Under the pieces are notes generated by a model that saw nothing but the letters and a program-made list of their open reading frames with translations, had not been told where the DNA came from and ran no database searches. A DNA stretch of 64,000 nucleotides from Gnetum montanum (lineage: Eukaryota; Plantae; Gnetophyta): assembly GCA_015680685.1 (NCBI GenBank), contig MNCI01001083.1:591158-655157 (forward strand). The letters run 5' to 3'. This document shows positions 12,047 to 24,360 of this stretch, in pieces. The translations under genes were made by a program, and so were the position numbers. How positions within the stretch are numbered: the stretch's first letter is position 1; the number at the start of each line of letters is the position of its first letter.

Positions 12047-13019
12047 TTTCTCCAATGTACTCTTTAAGTTCTAAACATTGGTAAGTTGAAGAAATCAGGT
12101 GTGTTGGTAATCCTTAGTCTCTATGGCCCTCTTTATGGGTCTCGAGGTAGTTAATTAGTTCCACGAGAGGCTAGAATTATCATGAACTTTTGCCCGACCA
12201 CAGAATCCTAATTTTTTCAAGATCGCAATTGATGCCTTAAAATTAATTTTTCATTGTTTGAAAGCTAAATTTGATGATTCCATGGTGTCCAAAAGGTTCA
12301 AATCTATTGAAAATGATTTTTGTTTGGTTGAAAAAAAACTCCAAAATCATGATTTATGGTCATTTTAGGTTTAAAAAAATTTCACATTTTTTAAGACTTC
12401 TTGAGAGGTCACCCATCCTAGTACTACTCTAGGATGAATGTGCTTAATTGTGAAATTTTTATCTCACATTCTGCTAAGGTGCCAATTTTTTTCCTTTTAA
12501 CAAAATTTTCCTAATGTCCATTTTAAATTTTGAATTCTCCATCAGTTGACGAAAAATTTGAATTTTCTATTGATTGATGAAAAATCTGAATTCCTTGTTG
12601 GTTGACAAAAAATAACTTTTTCATCATTGGGGGTAGGGTTGAAAAAAAGCAAGGATAGTGGTAGTGGTCATAGGGCATGGGAGAAATAGCTAGGGTGCAC
12701 AAGGAGAGTGGTAGCATCAATGTTTAGTGATGGACAATTGGAGGTGGGCATTGGTAGCACAAGTAGCTCATGTGCAATCCTCCTAGGACCCATGGGACGT
12801 AGGTGGGCTTGCATGCCCTTATTCAAGACTCACATAATCCAGGATGGGCTTTTGTAGCCCTTATATTAAGGCCAACGTGGCCTAGGCAGGGCTGGTGTAG
12901 CCCTTACCAAGATTTGGGCGATTCTCAATGTTACGTACATGGTAGTGACAAGGGTTTCCTATAGGGTGCCAAAGGCAATGATGATTTCTACAAGGTGCCA
13001 GAGGCAGTGATGATTTTCA

Positions 13020-13500
13020 TGGGGCATTAAAGGGAATGATGATTTTCAATGCTAGTGGTGTCCATAGTGTGCTAGAGAGGGTCATAATTTTCGGTGCTAG
13101 TGGTGTCTGTAGAGCATTGAAAGGGGTAGCAATTTTTGATGCTTGCCATGTCCCTGGTGCACCATAAGGGGAAATAATTTTTGACATTGGCGGTGTTTGT
13201 GATGTGCTAAAAGTGATAGCAATTTTGAGTGTTGGTAGTGTTTGCGCTATGCTTGAAGTGACAATGATTTCAAGCATTGGTGGTGTCTGCAGTACACTAG
13301 AAGGGGTAGTGATTTTCAACATTGACAGTGTCTACTATGTGCCAAAAGGATTAGAAATTTTAGGTGTTGATGATGCATCGGAAGGGACAATGATTTACAA
13401 CACCAGTAGTGTCCATAGTGTGCTAGAAGGAGTAGTGATTGTCAATGTCGATGGTGTTTGTAGAGGGTTAAAGAGATGAGAATTTCTAGCACCGACGAAC
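13020..13500. repeat. Degenerate 45-bp tandem array (~11 units) in the chromovirus leader
   Basis: (G/A)ATTT anchor recurs at 13041, 13086, 13131, 13176, 13221, 13266, 13311, 13356 and onward. It appears as a 15-aa periodicity in ORF 13017-13322. Confidence 0.9.
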
Positions 13501-14108
13501 AGTGATGCTAGGAAAAATGATAACGCGAAAGGTAAGTGAGGGCAACTACGATGCAGGGAAAGGGTGGACAATGATGCAGGGTGAGGTGGATAATGATGCA
13601 AGGTGAGGATAGATGACACAATGTAGGATGAGGTGTAAGGGTGTAGTGGAGGCATTGGTGCAAGAGTAGTAAAGGCATTACTTTGGCTGGTCAAGCAACA
13701 ATGTTGTGTGGCTAGTCTTTCGACCCTACTAGTAGGTAGGCTCTCATTGGTAGATTGGCCAACTATAATGCTACACAGTTGGGCCTTTTTCGCCCTTGTG
13801 TGCATTGGCACAACAGGCGTTGCTATGATTGGCTTGACGCGACCATCTTTGTGAATTGTTAGGGTTAAGGCCATGGCCCTAAAATGTTTTTTATAAAGTT
13901 TACAAATTAGGGGCTAGGTTTGAACCTAGGACCTCCCTCTTCAATTTTTTTAAAATTAAATTTAAATGTAAAAGTGAAAAAAATATTTTAATTTTAAGAA
14001 TTACACGCAACTTGAGAAACGTTGTATCTCTCAAACCATAAGTCAAATTTTGATGAAATTAGTATTTGTTAAATTGTCTCGGAGAGAACTACACATTCAA
14101 CTAGAGAT

Positions 14109-15551
14109 TGAAACATCACCAAAATCTTCATGTTGTAACCATTTTGCATCTTGTAGCCTTAACCCCATGAAACTTGAGGTAAAACTTCATGTAAACATGA
14201 AGATTGCAACCCATGGAGGGCAATCTCATGTATCTCATATTTTTGGGACTGAAAAATGCCTCATAAGTGCTCAAAGCCTTATCTCCTAAGTGGAAAAATT
14301 CATGTACTATCTATATTTGGGTTGGGGGTGTTAAAAATGCCTTTTGGGATGCCAAAAATGGCAATTTGATTTTATGGGGGGCATAGCACGTTCTATGCTA
14401 AAGATGCATGTATGGAGAGGTGTGGTTCACCTACCCCTAGCATGGAGGGGTATAGCCCACCTACCCCCAGCATGGAAAAGGTGGCAATCATCATGCACAA
14501 CGTGGAGGGTGGTTTGACCTTCTTCCCTAGCATTGAGTTTCTTCCTTCGAGTGTTGATGCATCATCACCGCAATGTAAAACCAACATGACCTAAATTTCA
14601 ACATTGCATCAACTCTAGTTAGGATCTTGTATGCTAATGTAGAAGGTTGAAGGTCTAGTGTGGAAGAACAAGGCAAGCATGGATGATGTGTCCCAATTAT
14701 TATTTATAGTAAATAGAATGACCATGGAGGTATGATATTTTCCATACATAGTAACCCCCCCAGTTTGGGCATCCATCTCACCTATACATGTCAAAAATTT
14801 GCAATAATTTTTCAACCAGATTCCAACCAATTTGTAGCCCCATTTATGATCCAAAACTTATAAGACCTAAACCCCAACACCATTTTTAGGTTCCACACCT
14901 TTTGCATTTTTACATTTTGGCATTTGCAGCATTTGAAAGCTCTTACATACTTGCAGAAATGTAGCTTCTTAAATCCTCTTAGTGTGGAACTCTTATGGTC
15001 TTATAACCTCCATTACATCCCTTGGGATTTGTGAGTTTGTGGCTTCTATGCTGTGCTGTTGGAAAAATCCACTAACAATGTTGCCCACTTTGGTAGCTCA
15101 AATTTCTCATACTTCTCAACCCCCTAGTAGTAACCAACATTGTAGATTTGGAGTAGTAATAGAGGAGGCTTTAATAACATTAGGACTGATGAAGCATCTA
15201 GATCATGGAGTGGATTTTATCGGCTTCAATGGACTCTGAATCCCTGTCCAAGTAAATGCCCCTTTGCTCTCCTATGGATGCTTCTTATACACATCTCTTG
15301 AACTCGTTCTTTATTTTTTAATAAATTTTTAAGATTTTAGTTTTGTGTGAAATTTGTATTTGCTGTTGGTTATTTAGATCTGTATTTTTCTTTTTGCATT
15401 ATTCATTTTGTATTCTCTAAGTCCCTGGGTGATATGTGTGATCATCCAATGTGCCTTGAATTCCATTTTTTGGAGGCCTTGAAAATTTGGGATTGAGGTT
15501 GCTGTGCTAAGACGTTCAATTTTCCAACGATTAAATTTTCTGGTTGCAATA
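14109..15551 (+). repeat. 5' LTR of element C
   Basis: TGAAACA...GTTGCAATA, colinear with 47339-48779 (10 mismatches in a 60-bp sample, almost all transitions). Confidence 0.92.
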
Positions 15552-15557
15552 GTTTTC

Positions 15558-15575
15558 TAGTGCTAAAAGGAGGGC
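15558..15575 (+). promoter_or_regulatory. Probable decayed PBS of element C
   Basis: TAGTGCTAAAAGGAGGGC just after the LTR; reverts by transitions to TGGCGCTAGAAGGAGGG, a Tat-type PBS-like sequence. Confidence 0.55.
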
Positions 15576-16338
15576 CTTTGCTCAATTTCTACATCAAATC
15601 TTGTAACCATCATTGCCAACGTTCCCTCTTAGCTTTAAATTTGGATTTTCTCAAAAAAAAAAAAAAAAAAACCTTGAAAACCTAATGCTACCACTTACCC
15701 TCTACAATAGAAACTTTAGCATGGAAGTTTCAAGTGTTTGGGTGTTGGATTTTTACAACACATGCTGTGAATTTCTAAGTTAGGGCTAGTGTTGAAAACC
15801 AGCTATGACCATTCTAGCTCTTGCTGTCATATTTTCTCAGCAAGGTCTATCTACGTTGGTGATTTCAACAATTAGACCCTCATGTCCCCCCTTCCTTGCT
15901 ATAAAAATTAGCAACTTGCAAAAACTATTTTTGGTTGCAAAATACTAACTTTTTACTTTGGTTTTTAACATCCCCCCTTCACCAATGTTGGTTAGGAAGG
16001 TGTGAGATCTCCCTCTCTCACCTTCCTTTCTTTCCCCCTACTATGCCCAATGTAGGTGTAGCTAAGAAGCCTAGCATGAGTAAGGTTTGCTATAACTTTT
16101 CATTTTGGGTAAAGGGGTGTACCTCCTTTGGCAACCCCCTTACTATTTATAGTAAGTGAATTATTGTGGCCATTTTCACCATTTTTTTGACTTTTTCCAT
16201 TTCCACTTGTTAGAATTTATACTTTTGGCCATCCATCTGTAGCCTATATATAGTCTTTTTAGCATCGTAATCATGTCTTTCCAATAGTTGACCAAGTTGC
16301 CTTTCACATTCACTGATAATGGGTCTAGTAAATAAGCC

Positions 16339-19300
16339 ATGAGGGTACACAACCTCAAGGACCCTGCTATCATTAAGTGTAGGCAGTCTTTGAGGCTTAG
16401 GGGATGAAGTTCTAAATTTTTAGTCATAAATGAAGATCATTCCAATTACATTTATGCCAAAATGCAAGCTAGCATGTTGATTCCACATGTGAAAGCAGAA
16501 GCCAAAAGTGAGTTTGAGCTCATACATTGAGATGAGAAGGAATACATCCATTTCTTGTATGAACAAATTTCCCTCAACGATGCCTATACTTGCATCTTAT
16601 CTTAGTTGATTAAGATGGATGAAGAGGATGAAATACATAGCTTAAAGGAGCAAGAGGAAGAGGAGGATGAGTTTAGGGTAGAATTTAAGCCTAAAAACCT
16701 CCTAGGTGGGTTGTTCCAAAAAACAACCCCCATGGCCACAGAGCCTTTCTCTATCCCATTTATTTCCTTCATGGCCTAAATTCCACCATCCTTTACCTCC
16801 TCCTACTCAACCACGTGCAATTCCACACTAGTCATCGCTACACACCAAACACAATCGGTGCTGTAGTCAACCATGTTTTACTTCACCATGCCATTGGCAA
16901 CCCAACCTAGGTCAGTACGACCATTTTTGGTAGTGGTTCCATGACCAACTCATTTACCTCTTAGATGGAGATAACAATGGGGCCCCAAGTGGCCTAGGGG
17001 TCATGTACTCCTTTTGTTCTATTTGTGCCTCAATTACCAGCACAAACCTCATTTTCTCTATTTGTGTCTCCCCTCTGTCCCACAACCGATAGCATGGCCA
17101 TAGGCCTTCCAAGAAATACCACAATTCTTTGTTCATATCCCACAACCTACAGGGGCATCATAGAACCTAGATTAGGCCTTCCAGATGATCCTGGGCTTAA
17201 CGGAGGAGTTGAAGAGGCTCAAAGCCTCTACTTCTCAAAGAGTTAAGATCATGGATTTTTACTAGGATGATCCTGTTAGTCATATGGTCCCACCATTAAC
17301 ACTTCCTGCTAGTGTCCCTATTCCTTAGTTTACGAAGTATAATGATGAGGGTGATCCCAACGCTCACCTTATAACTTTTTGTTAGGAGTGCTTGTTATTA
17401 CAGACTTGGCTACATACTATTATGAGGATTTTCCCTATGTCCTTGACTAGGAAAGTGCTTGACTGGTATTGCATTCTACCTAGAGGATCTATATCTTATC
17501 TTAAGGACCTGATAGCCTAATTCATTAACCACTTCTAGTATAACTTAAAGCCCAATACCACACTTAACCAATTGATGAAGGTCAAGTACGGATCCCTCAA
17601 ACCAGTGTAGAAGTTCATCCAATGATGGAATGGTCTACTAAATGAGATACTTGACTCTATAGTTGAAACCTACCTTTTGGCTATATTCACAAGAGTGGTC
17701 AACAATTTTATTAAGTTCAAATTGTATTACCTTAACCTGTGGTTGATTAGTCAAGCTTTCTTTCAAAAGAAAAACATAGACGATGCTATGGAGGCTAGTC
17801 ATAACCCTGCCTACATGGCATACAATAATAAACACACCCAGAAAAAAAAAAGAATAGAGGCAAGTAAAACAACATGGTGATGGCAACTATGACCAAAGAG
17901 GCTAGCACAACCAATTGAGGGCCAAAAGCCAATCCATCCAAGGCCCCCACTAATAATTGAGATAACCAACTAGTGATCTTTAGGGCCACTAGATCAGCTA
18001 CACCTAGGTTAAAGTTTGAGCAGAAGGACTACAGCAAGTACACTAGCTTACCCTTGAAGCCATGCGAACCACTAGATCAATTGTTGAAGAGTAGGCATAT
18101 ACAATATAACCAAATGACTAAAGTTTCTAAAAAGAAGTATGAGCAGTTATGTGAAATACCCAAAGATCCCACTCAAGTGACAAAGGATGACCTCAACTAC
18201 CTAGGTACTTTAAGCTAGATCACTTTTGCCATTATCATCAATTGTTTGGTCATGACATTAACTTCTACCTTGTGTTGAAGGATGACCTACAAAAGGTGAT
18301 AAATAGGAGAGAGTTGGTCCTAGACACTTCCAACTTAGTTTGACTGTAGAATTAGTTGATGTAGGTATATAAGGACTTGTTGAACACCAATAAAAGCCCC
18401 TACATTATATTAGTGTTCAACATCGATGATAATGGGAGGTCTGTGAGGGAATCATTCATGATTTGGATACCCCCTTACAATGAACAGGCTCTTCAGCTTT
18501 AATCAGCTTAAGATTCCCATTTGTTATAAGGATAACCTTGCAAGCATCCCCAAAAGAACCTTTTGTCATTAGGATGTCCTAGCCCTCTACAACACAACCT
18601 ACCTTAACAATAGAGCAACAACCCCTCATGGTGGCCAACACAATGTCTTCTTCCTTGAAACCAACTAGGCATAATAAGTAACCTCCAACCAAACAATGGA
18701 AGAAGGCTATGCAAAAAGCCAAGAACAACATTGATAAGAAGTCCAAGTTAAGGAACGAAGTGGGCCTACTAAAGCCCAACCCCATCTCATCTATTCCCAT
18801 GACTTCCACAACCTAGGATGCTTCTACAAGCAAATCATGGAAATAATGCAAGAGCCAAGAGAATAAGAAAGAGAAAAAGCCACAATAGCCTAAGGTTGAA
18901 GTACGCATTTTGGGATGCATGAAGGAAGTAAAGCATAACTAGGTTAACAAGTGCATGGCCAATGAAAAAAGCTTTTCAATGTGATGAAGCAAGTCAAGTA
19001 GTCTCTCAAATAGAGAAATAAAACCTTGAGCCCACATGACTTGATCATGACTTCCACTACATATCATGAAACGCTAGTCAAAATGTTGACTTCTAAATGC
19101 ATTAGTAAGAACATCCTTGCTAACGAGGAATCCATTCATGTGGTAATGGTTCCTTCTTCATCAAGGGAAACTAAATTAACATCACTAGTATTTAGCGATA
19201 GCAAAGTCAAAACCAGCCCCAAAAATGCCAAAGTAACTAGCGCTCCTCTTTTCTTAACCATATGCCTAGGATAGTACAAGGTGCATCAAGTGCATGTTAA

Positions 19301-19965
19301 AGATGGTGCCGTAACTAATGTTATTCCATGTACCATTGTTGAGCACTTAGGCTTCACTAAGCAAATAGAACATACAACAACATTGGCTCTCAAGTCCTTC
19401 AATGAGTTGAGGGTAGCTATCAATGGGTCTCTCTCTTTGGATTTTGTTGTATGGGAGCAATTCCCCACAATCACCAATTTTTTGGTGCTGGAAAAGATGC
19501 CAAGATTTAAGCTTATCTTGGGAAGACCTTGGTTAGCCTAATTATAGGCTGTGTCTTCACCTATTCACCAAGAGATTCACATTCCTTACAAGGGAGGTAA
19601 AATCATCATTCACGGTGATAACGTGGTTCCCTTGGCTATTAACAACATAGATATAAAGTAGGGATCTAAAGTGGAGTTTTAAGAGCATAATCCCAACCAT
19701 GAAATCTAGCAGCCTGAGAGAGTAGAGAAAGTCAAAAGTGACAATGATGGAACACACTGTGGGAAGAGCTTTCCTTCAACATTGTTAGTGAAGAGGATGG
19801 GAAATACAAACTCATGCATAACAGGCCTTATACATTTCCTAATCTTTCATAGATTACAAAAATTTTGCACAAGTGAGGTGCACCCATGATCTTCCAGATT
19901 ATGCCCTTTTAACCTTTTTCACCATGGACTGATAGCCAATTAGGCTAGATTTCTTTTACTACCTA
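16339..19965 (+). pseudogene. gag-protease of Ogre/Tat element C
   Basis: FTKYNDEGDPNAHL..MRIFPMSLT..LDWY (retrotransposon gag, ~17330-17540); FCHYHQLFGHD knuckle (~18225); protease VHVKDGAVTNVIP...FKLILGRPWL..AVSSPIHQ. Start codon uncertain. Confidence 0.85.
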
Positions 19966-20649
19966 TTAAGTCTTTTTGTTTGCTTGCTTTGTTCTAACCT
20001 TTTCAACACATAGCCTAAAAACTTACTTTTATTTGAATTTCTATTTATTATGGCCCTTTTCTTTCTTTATTTTCCTTATTTAGTAAGATATAAACCAGAA
20101 ATTCCATAAAAAAATTTAAAGTAGAAAATCATCAAAAATATAAAGATGAGTTTCCTTTCAACCTGGGCCTGGCATGACCTAAAATTGGCAAAATGCATGG
20201 CTTGTAGAGGCCTTAAACTAGCACCATAGTTTGCTAAGACTCTAAACTAGCACCGCAGCTTGCCATGGTCTTAAACTGGTGATAAATGTATGTCTTTCCA
20301 TGGCCTAAGGTTGGCAAGCAACCCTCATTCTATAGCCTTTTGTAGTCTTATAGTTTAGCCATTTTCTACATAACCAATGTAACCACTCTCAACATAGTTA
20401 TTTACAATATTTATAGCCTTAAAAACTTAAAAGAGTAAAGTCATCAATAACATATATTACCCAAACCAAAATTGAAACTTAAAATTCAAAACATATAAAA
20501 AATATATATAGCCATGATTACAGTGTGTGGCATAAATATTAAAATAATAAACCATAAGTGTAAAATCATATACAACTCAAATGTTGGTCAACATTAGTTG
20601 TATAACATGTAACATGGAAAAATAAAATAAAATCAACAACAAGGGTTAT

Positions 20650-23600
20650 CACATCAAGCATCTAGTGATTCTAAGGAGGCATCTAGAAGAGGAGGTGGTT
20701 GATCATCATCATCGTCCTCATCGTTGGGGCTGCCAATATCATCTAATGACTATGATGCAACAACATGCAACCAATTAGTAATTGATAGCCAAAACTATAA
20801 CTTAAATAAATCCAAAATTTAAAGGCCATCAGCCCTATTGGGAATCTGCTCCATGAACTCTTAAGGAAGATGTTGAAGGCTAGTCTCGAAATGATGGAGA
20901 ATCTGGTCTTTCGTCATGTTGGCCTAGTGAACATCCCCAAAATTGATGTTAGTGAGGATGTTTGTCTTGCCAATGATGGTGGCTCCCATGAGACTGTAGC
21001 TATAGAAACCTCGTCCGTAATCGCAGTGACCTAAGGAGAAGGAGATTCAACTACCGTGAGAGTGCTCTCAAAGAGTTTGTAAGAACTCTTAGCCTAAATA
21101 CCCTGAATGAATAGCTCCATCTTACACTGTTCAATCATCTTCTTCTTCAACCACTTCAGGTATGTCTTCTGATCAACCTTATATTTCCTCTTATGATCTT
21201 TTTGTGCTTGGCTCCACTTTAGGACCCAGGCATTATAATCCTTCCAGTCTTAGGCCTTTCAAGAGATCAAATCCATCTACATTTGCTACTCAGCCAATCC
21301 CTAAAAAGGCCCACCTTATCATGGATGGTGTGAAAGTAGCGAGTGCCCATGATCTCTTTGGTCTGTAAGTTCTCTGAGTTATCCACTTGGGCCTTCACGA
21401 AGCTCTTACAGTCCTTGAGATCCTAGATCGTTTTATCTTACCTTTTATTTTCCTTCGTTAAGGCCATAACTTTCTTCCATAGGGTTTTGTTGGACCTCTA
21501 AAACTCCCATGAAGCTTTTGCACATGAAATCGAAAGATTAGTGGTAGTTTCATATAGCTTTATGAGAAAATTTGGGGTGTTAGAAGGAAGTTTAGGTAAG
21601 GAGTGAAATTTCATGTGTCGGACTAGATCCCATGCAACTAATGGCATTGAAAATAATAAGTATAATCATAAAGACAACATACAACCTAAGATAGCCATAA
21701 TTATAAATAAAAATTATAGCAAAACAACTAAGGCATATTAAAACATACCTCTTACCAATCTTAGGTGCAACCTATTGTAGCCAATTGATGATGTCATTTT
21801 CTACCTTGTGCATGAATTCCATCTTGCCTGGGACCTCTATGAATAACTTCACATGAAACATGGATGTAGAGGCCTTCACTAGTGGCTCAAGAACTACAAA
21901 GAGCATAATAGTTATCGAGAGGTTAGAATAAAAACCAAGCATAAAACCATAGGCTGTAAGAAGTAGGTCTAAGGCATAGGCATACCTGGATTGTCATCCT
22001 CATTAGGGATGATAGCTGGGAGCTCCCTGGGTAGTGACTCACCAAACAAGGCATCTAGATCATCCATATCAACATTGGCCAACCCTTCAGCCTCATGTTA
22101 CTATAAGAGTGCCTCCTCTGCATGCCTTTGTACTTCCGCTGTTGCAGTGGCCACATGCCTTTGCTCCTTAGTAGCACATCTTTGCTCCTCCTTTACATGC
22201 CTCTGCTCTTCTTTCATAGTGGTAGCTTGAGCTACAATTTCCTACCACTAGTATATATCCATAACCAGTTAGAGAACTTAGCACATGTAATCATAAGATA
22301 TAAAACATAACATAGCCAAAACATTAAAAATATAGCTAAACTTACCTAAAACTACCTGATGTGATCAGTTGAGCCTGAAGAGGATCTTCTGCTTGGTGGA
22401 TGGCTATGATGTTGGTGATGCTTCCTCTGTGAGCTATTTCAACTTGGCCCTAACTATCCTATTAGCCTTGGAACATAATTGTGAGGCCCTTAGGATGTTC
22501 GTTGGAATGGTCAAGGACTCCTCCACGTTGTTGTCAGGGGATTCACACCACATACCATCAAATCCTTTGGTGATAATAGATAGTGAGTCTCCCATGTCCT
22601 TTGGGGGATTCTGGGCTTGCATAGTTGGATAAATATGCTTTATCTAAGGCCTAGAGAGCTATTTTGGGTCCTAGCTTATCCATCATCCATTCCTACTGAC
22701 CACCAAGAATTCTATGAATCATTTTAAATAACCTACAAAAAATGCATAATGCAAGTGGATTATTATGAAGGTGTCTTGAAAAACTTTGAGGATTTCCACC
22801 TTGAGGCCTGTAGCCAAGGAAGCAGCCTAGTTGAAGTGTGTGCCCTTTGTCAAGACCTTTTTGAAGGTCCATCCCTATGTGATATCGATTACCTTCTTTT
22901 GTAAAAATAGTTTAGAAAAGGCGTGGGATTGGAATGGAGGATAAGATTCCTTTGCTTCTAGATTTATGAAGCCATCTAAGGCAAGTCCAGAGTGGCCCTT
23001 GTTGGCACCAAGCGACTCTCAACTTCCTTACAATGGCAATCCTCCATCACTATTTTGGTGGCAACCATTATCCCATTAGTGGGAAAACTAAATAAGTCAT
23101 AGAAGGTTACCTCACTAGTGGTAATGGTGATCGATATGCCTCGTATTGTAGTGTGGAATACATTGGCTCCTATGTTGAAAGAGTCAATGATGTTCAACAT
23201 CTTTGCATAAGGGATGGAAGGGCTAGGCACCATGAAGACATCAAGAAAACTAGCAAGCACGATGTTTGCTTGAATGTTCTCAAATGCTTATCCCCTCAAC
23301 CACTCCTACTCTCATCCCACATCACCAAACTTTAGGATGCAAGTATCTGTGGAGCAACAAGAGAGGGGTACAGTGACCTCAAAAGGAGTGTAAGGTCTTG
23401 CAAACTAATGATAACTTTCCTAACATCAATACAAGCATGTTTAGATCATAGATGAAGACCATAGGATACTTAAGACCTAAATGACCATAAAACATTAAGT
23501 ATAAAACCATTCTTATTCTCACCTCTCTTCTTCTTACTTGAAAAAGCTTGTGTGGGGGTTCTAGTGGCAATGCCTTTGTCTTTGACACTCTTGGAGGCCA

Positions 23601-24360
23601 CCCACCAACTGTGTGCTGTCTTGATAGCTAAACACTTCTTGTAGACAGGGTTGAAGTTAGTGGTGTATTTATCAAAATCCCCTCTCAACTATTCATACAT
23701 AACAATTGGAATCTTGGGGCCTTTAGTAAATACATTTAGGGTGGTTTGAGCTATTGCTAAGGTTTGATCATTTATGATCAAGCCTTGATCATTGACCCTA
23801 TACCTGCAAAAAGTTAACAAAACTGACAAGTTAGGAAAAATAACCAAACTAGTAAAGCCAAAATATCAAAAACCTATAATAATCATGCTTATCCTTGTAA
23901 TTGATACATGTTACCTAGAAAATTATTGAATAAGGTATGGACTCTATGCACCACCATCAAAGTATTATCAAGGTTGTATTGAGAATACTCTAGCATCCTC
24001 CAGATCTTCGAGAGGTAATGTGTATCAATGGTGTTCCTAGTCTCCACCAGTTCTCTTGCTACTTGGGTTACTGGATCATTAGTTATGAACTTGGTAATTA
24101 GCCTTATAGACCCAGGTAGTAGGGTCGCCACTATGACCCTAGCCACATCTACAGACATGAGTGACCATATTATCATACTAAAGTTTTGTAAGAGGTAGGT
24201 AAGAAATTCCCTTTGCCTGGTTGAAACCAGAGTGAGCCCCTCTTTAGGACCATGTTAGCCAAAGGAGGTATTAGCCTTAGGTTGTCCTATGCAACATAGG
24301 ATGCCAACCAGCTCAACCATGATGAGTATCTACTTTAGTTGGGCCTTGCATGAAGAAACA
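20650..24360 (-). pseudogene. Multi-exon antisense accessory gene inside the PR-RT segment of element C (Transposase_32/PMD-like plus coiled-coil/acidic region)
   Basis: Minus-strand GT..AG introns 21894-21985 and 22242-22345, extra donors at 21748 and 23522, acceptor at 23804. Peptides TIRGISITIT..FYDLFSFP, HFN*AASLA..LHYAFFVGYL, and KEEQRH repeats. Possible TATA ~26056-26063 and upstream exon ~25700-26030. Confidence 0.65.

Noticed and set aside
13017-13874. ORFs with 15-aa repeats (13017-13322, 13204-13479, 13395-13874)
   Set aside because: The first two are by-products of a 45-bp DNA tandem array that is open on both strands, with variation following CpG decay rather than codon structure. 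The third runs through adjacent low-complexity leader sequence with no recognisable domain.
14393-15239. Conserved short ORFs repeated at 47632-48467
   Set aside because: They are simply the two LTRs of element C.
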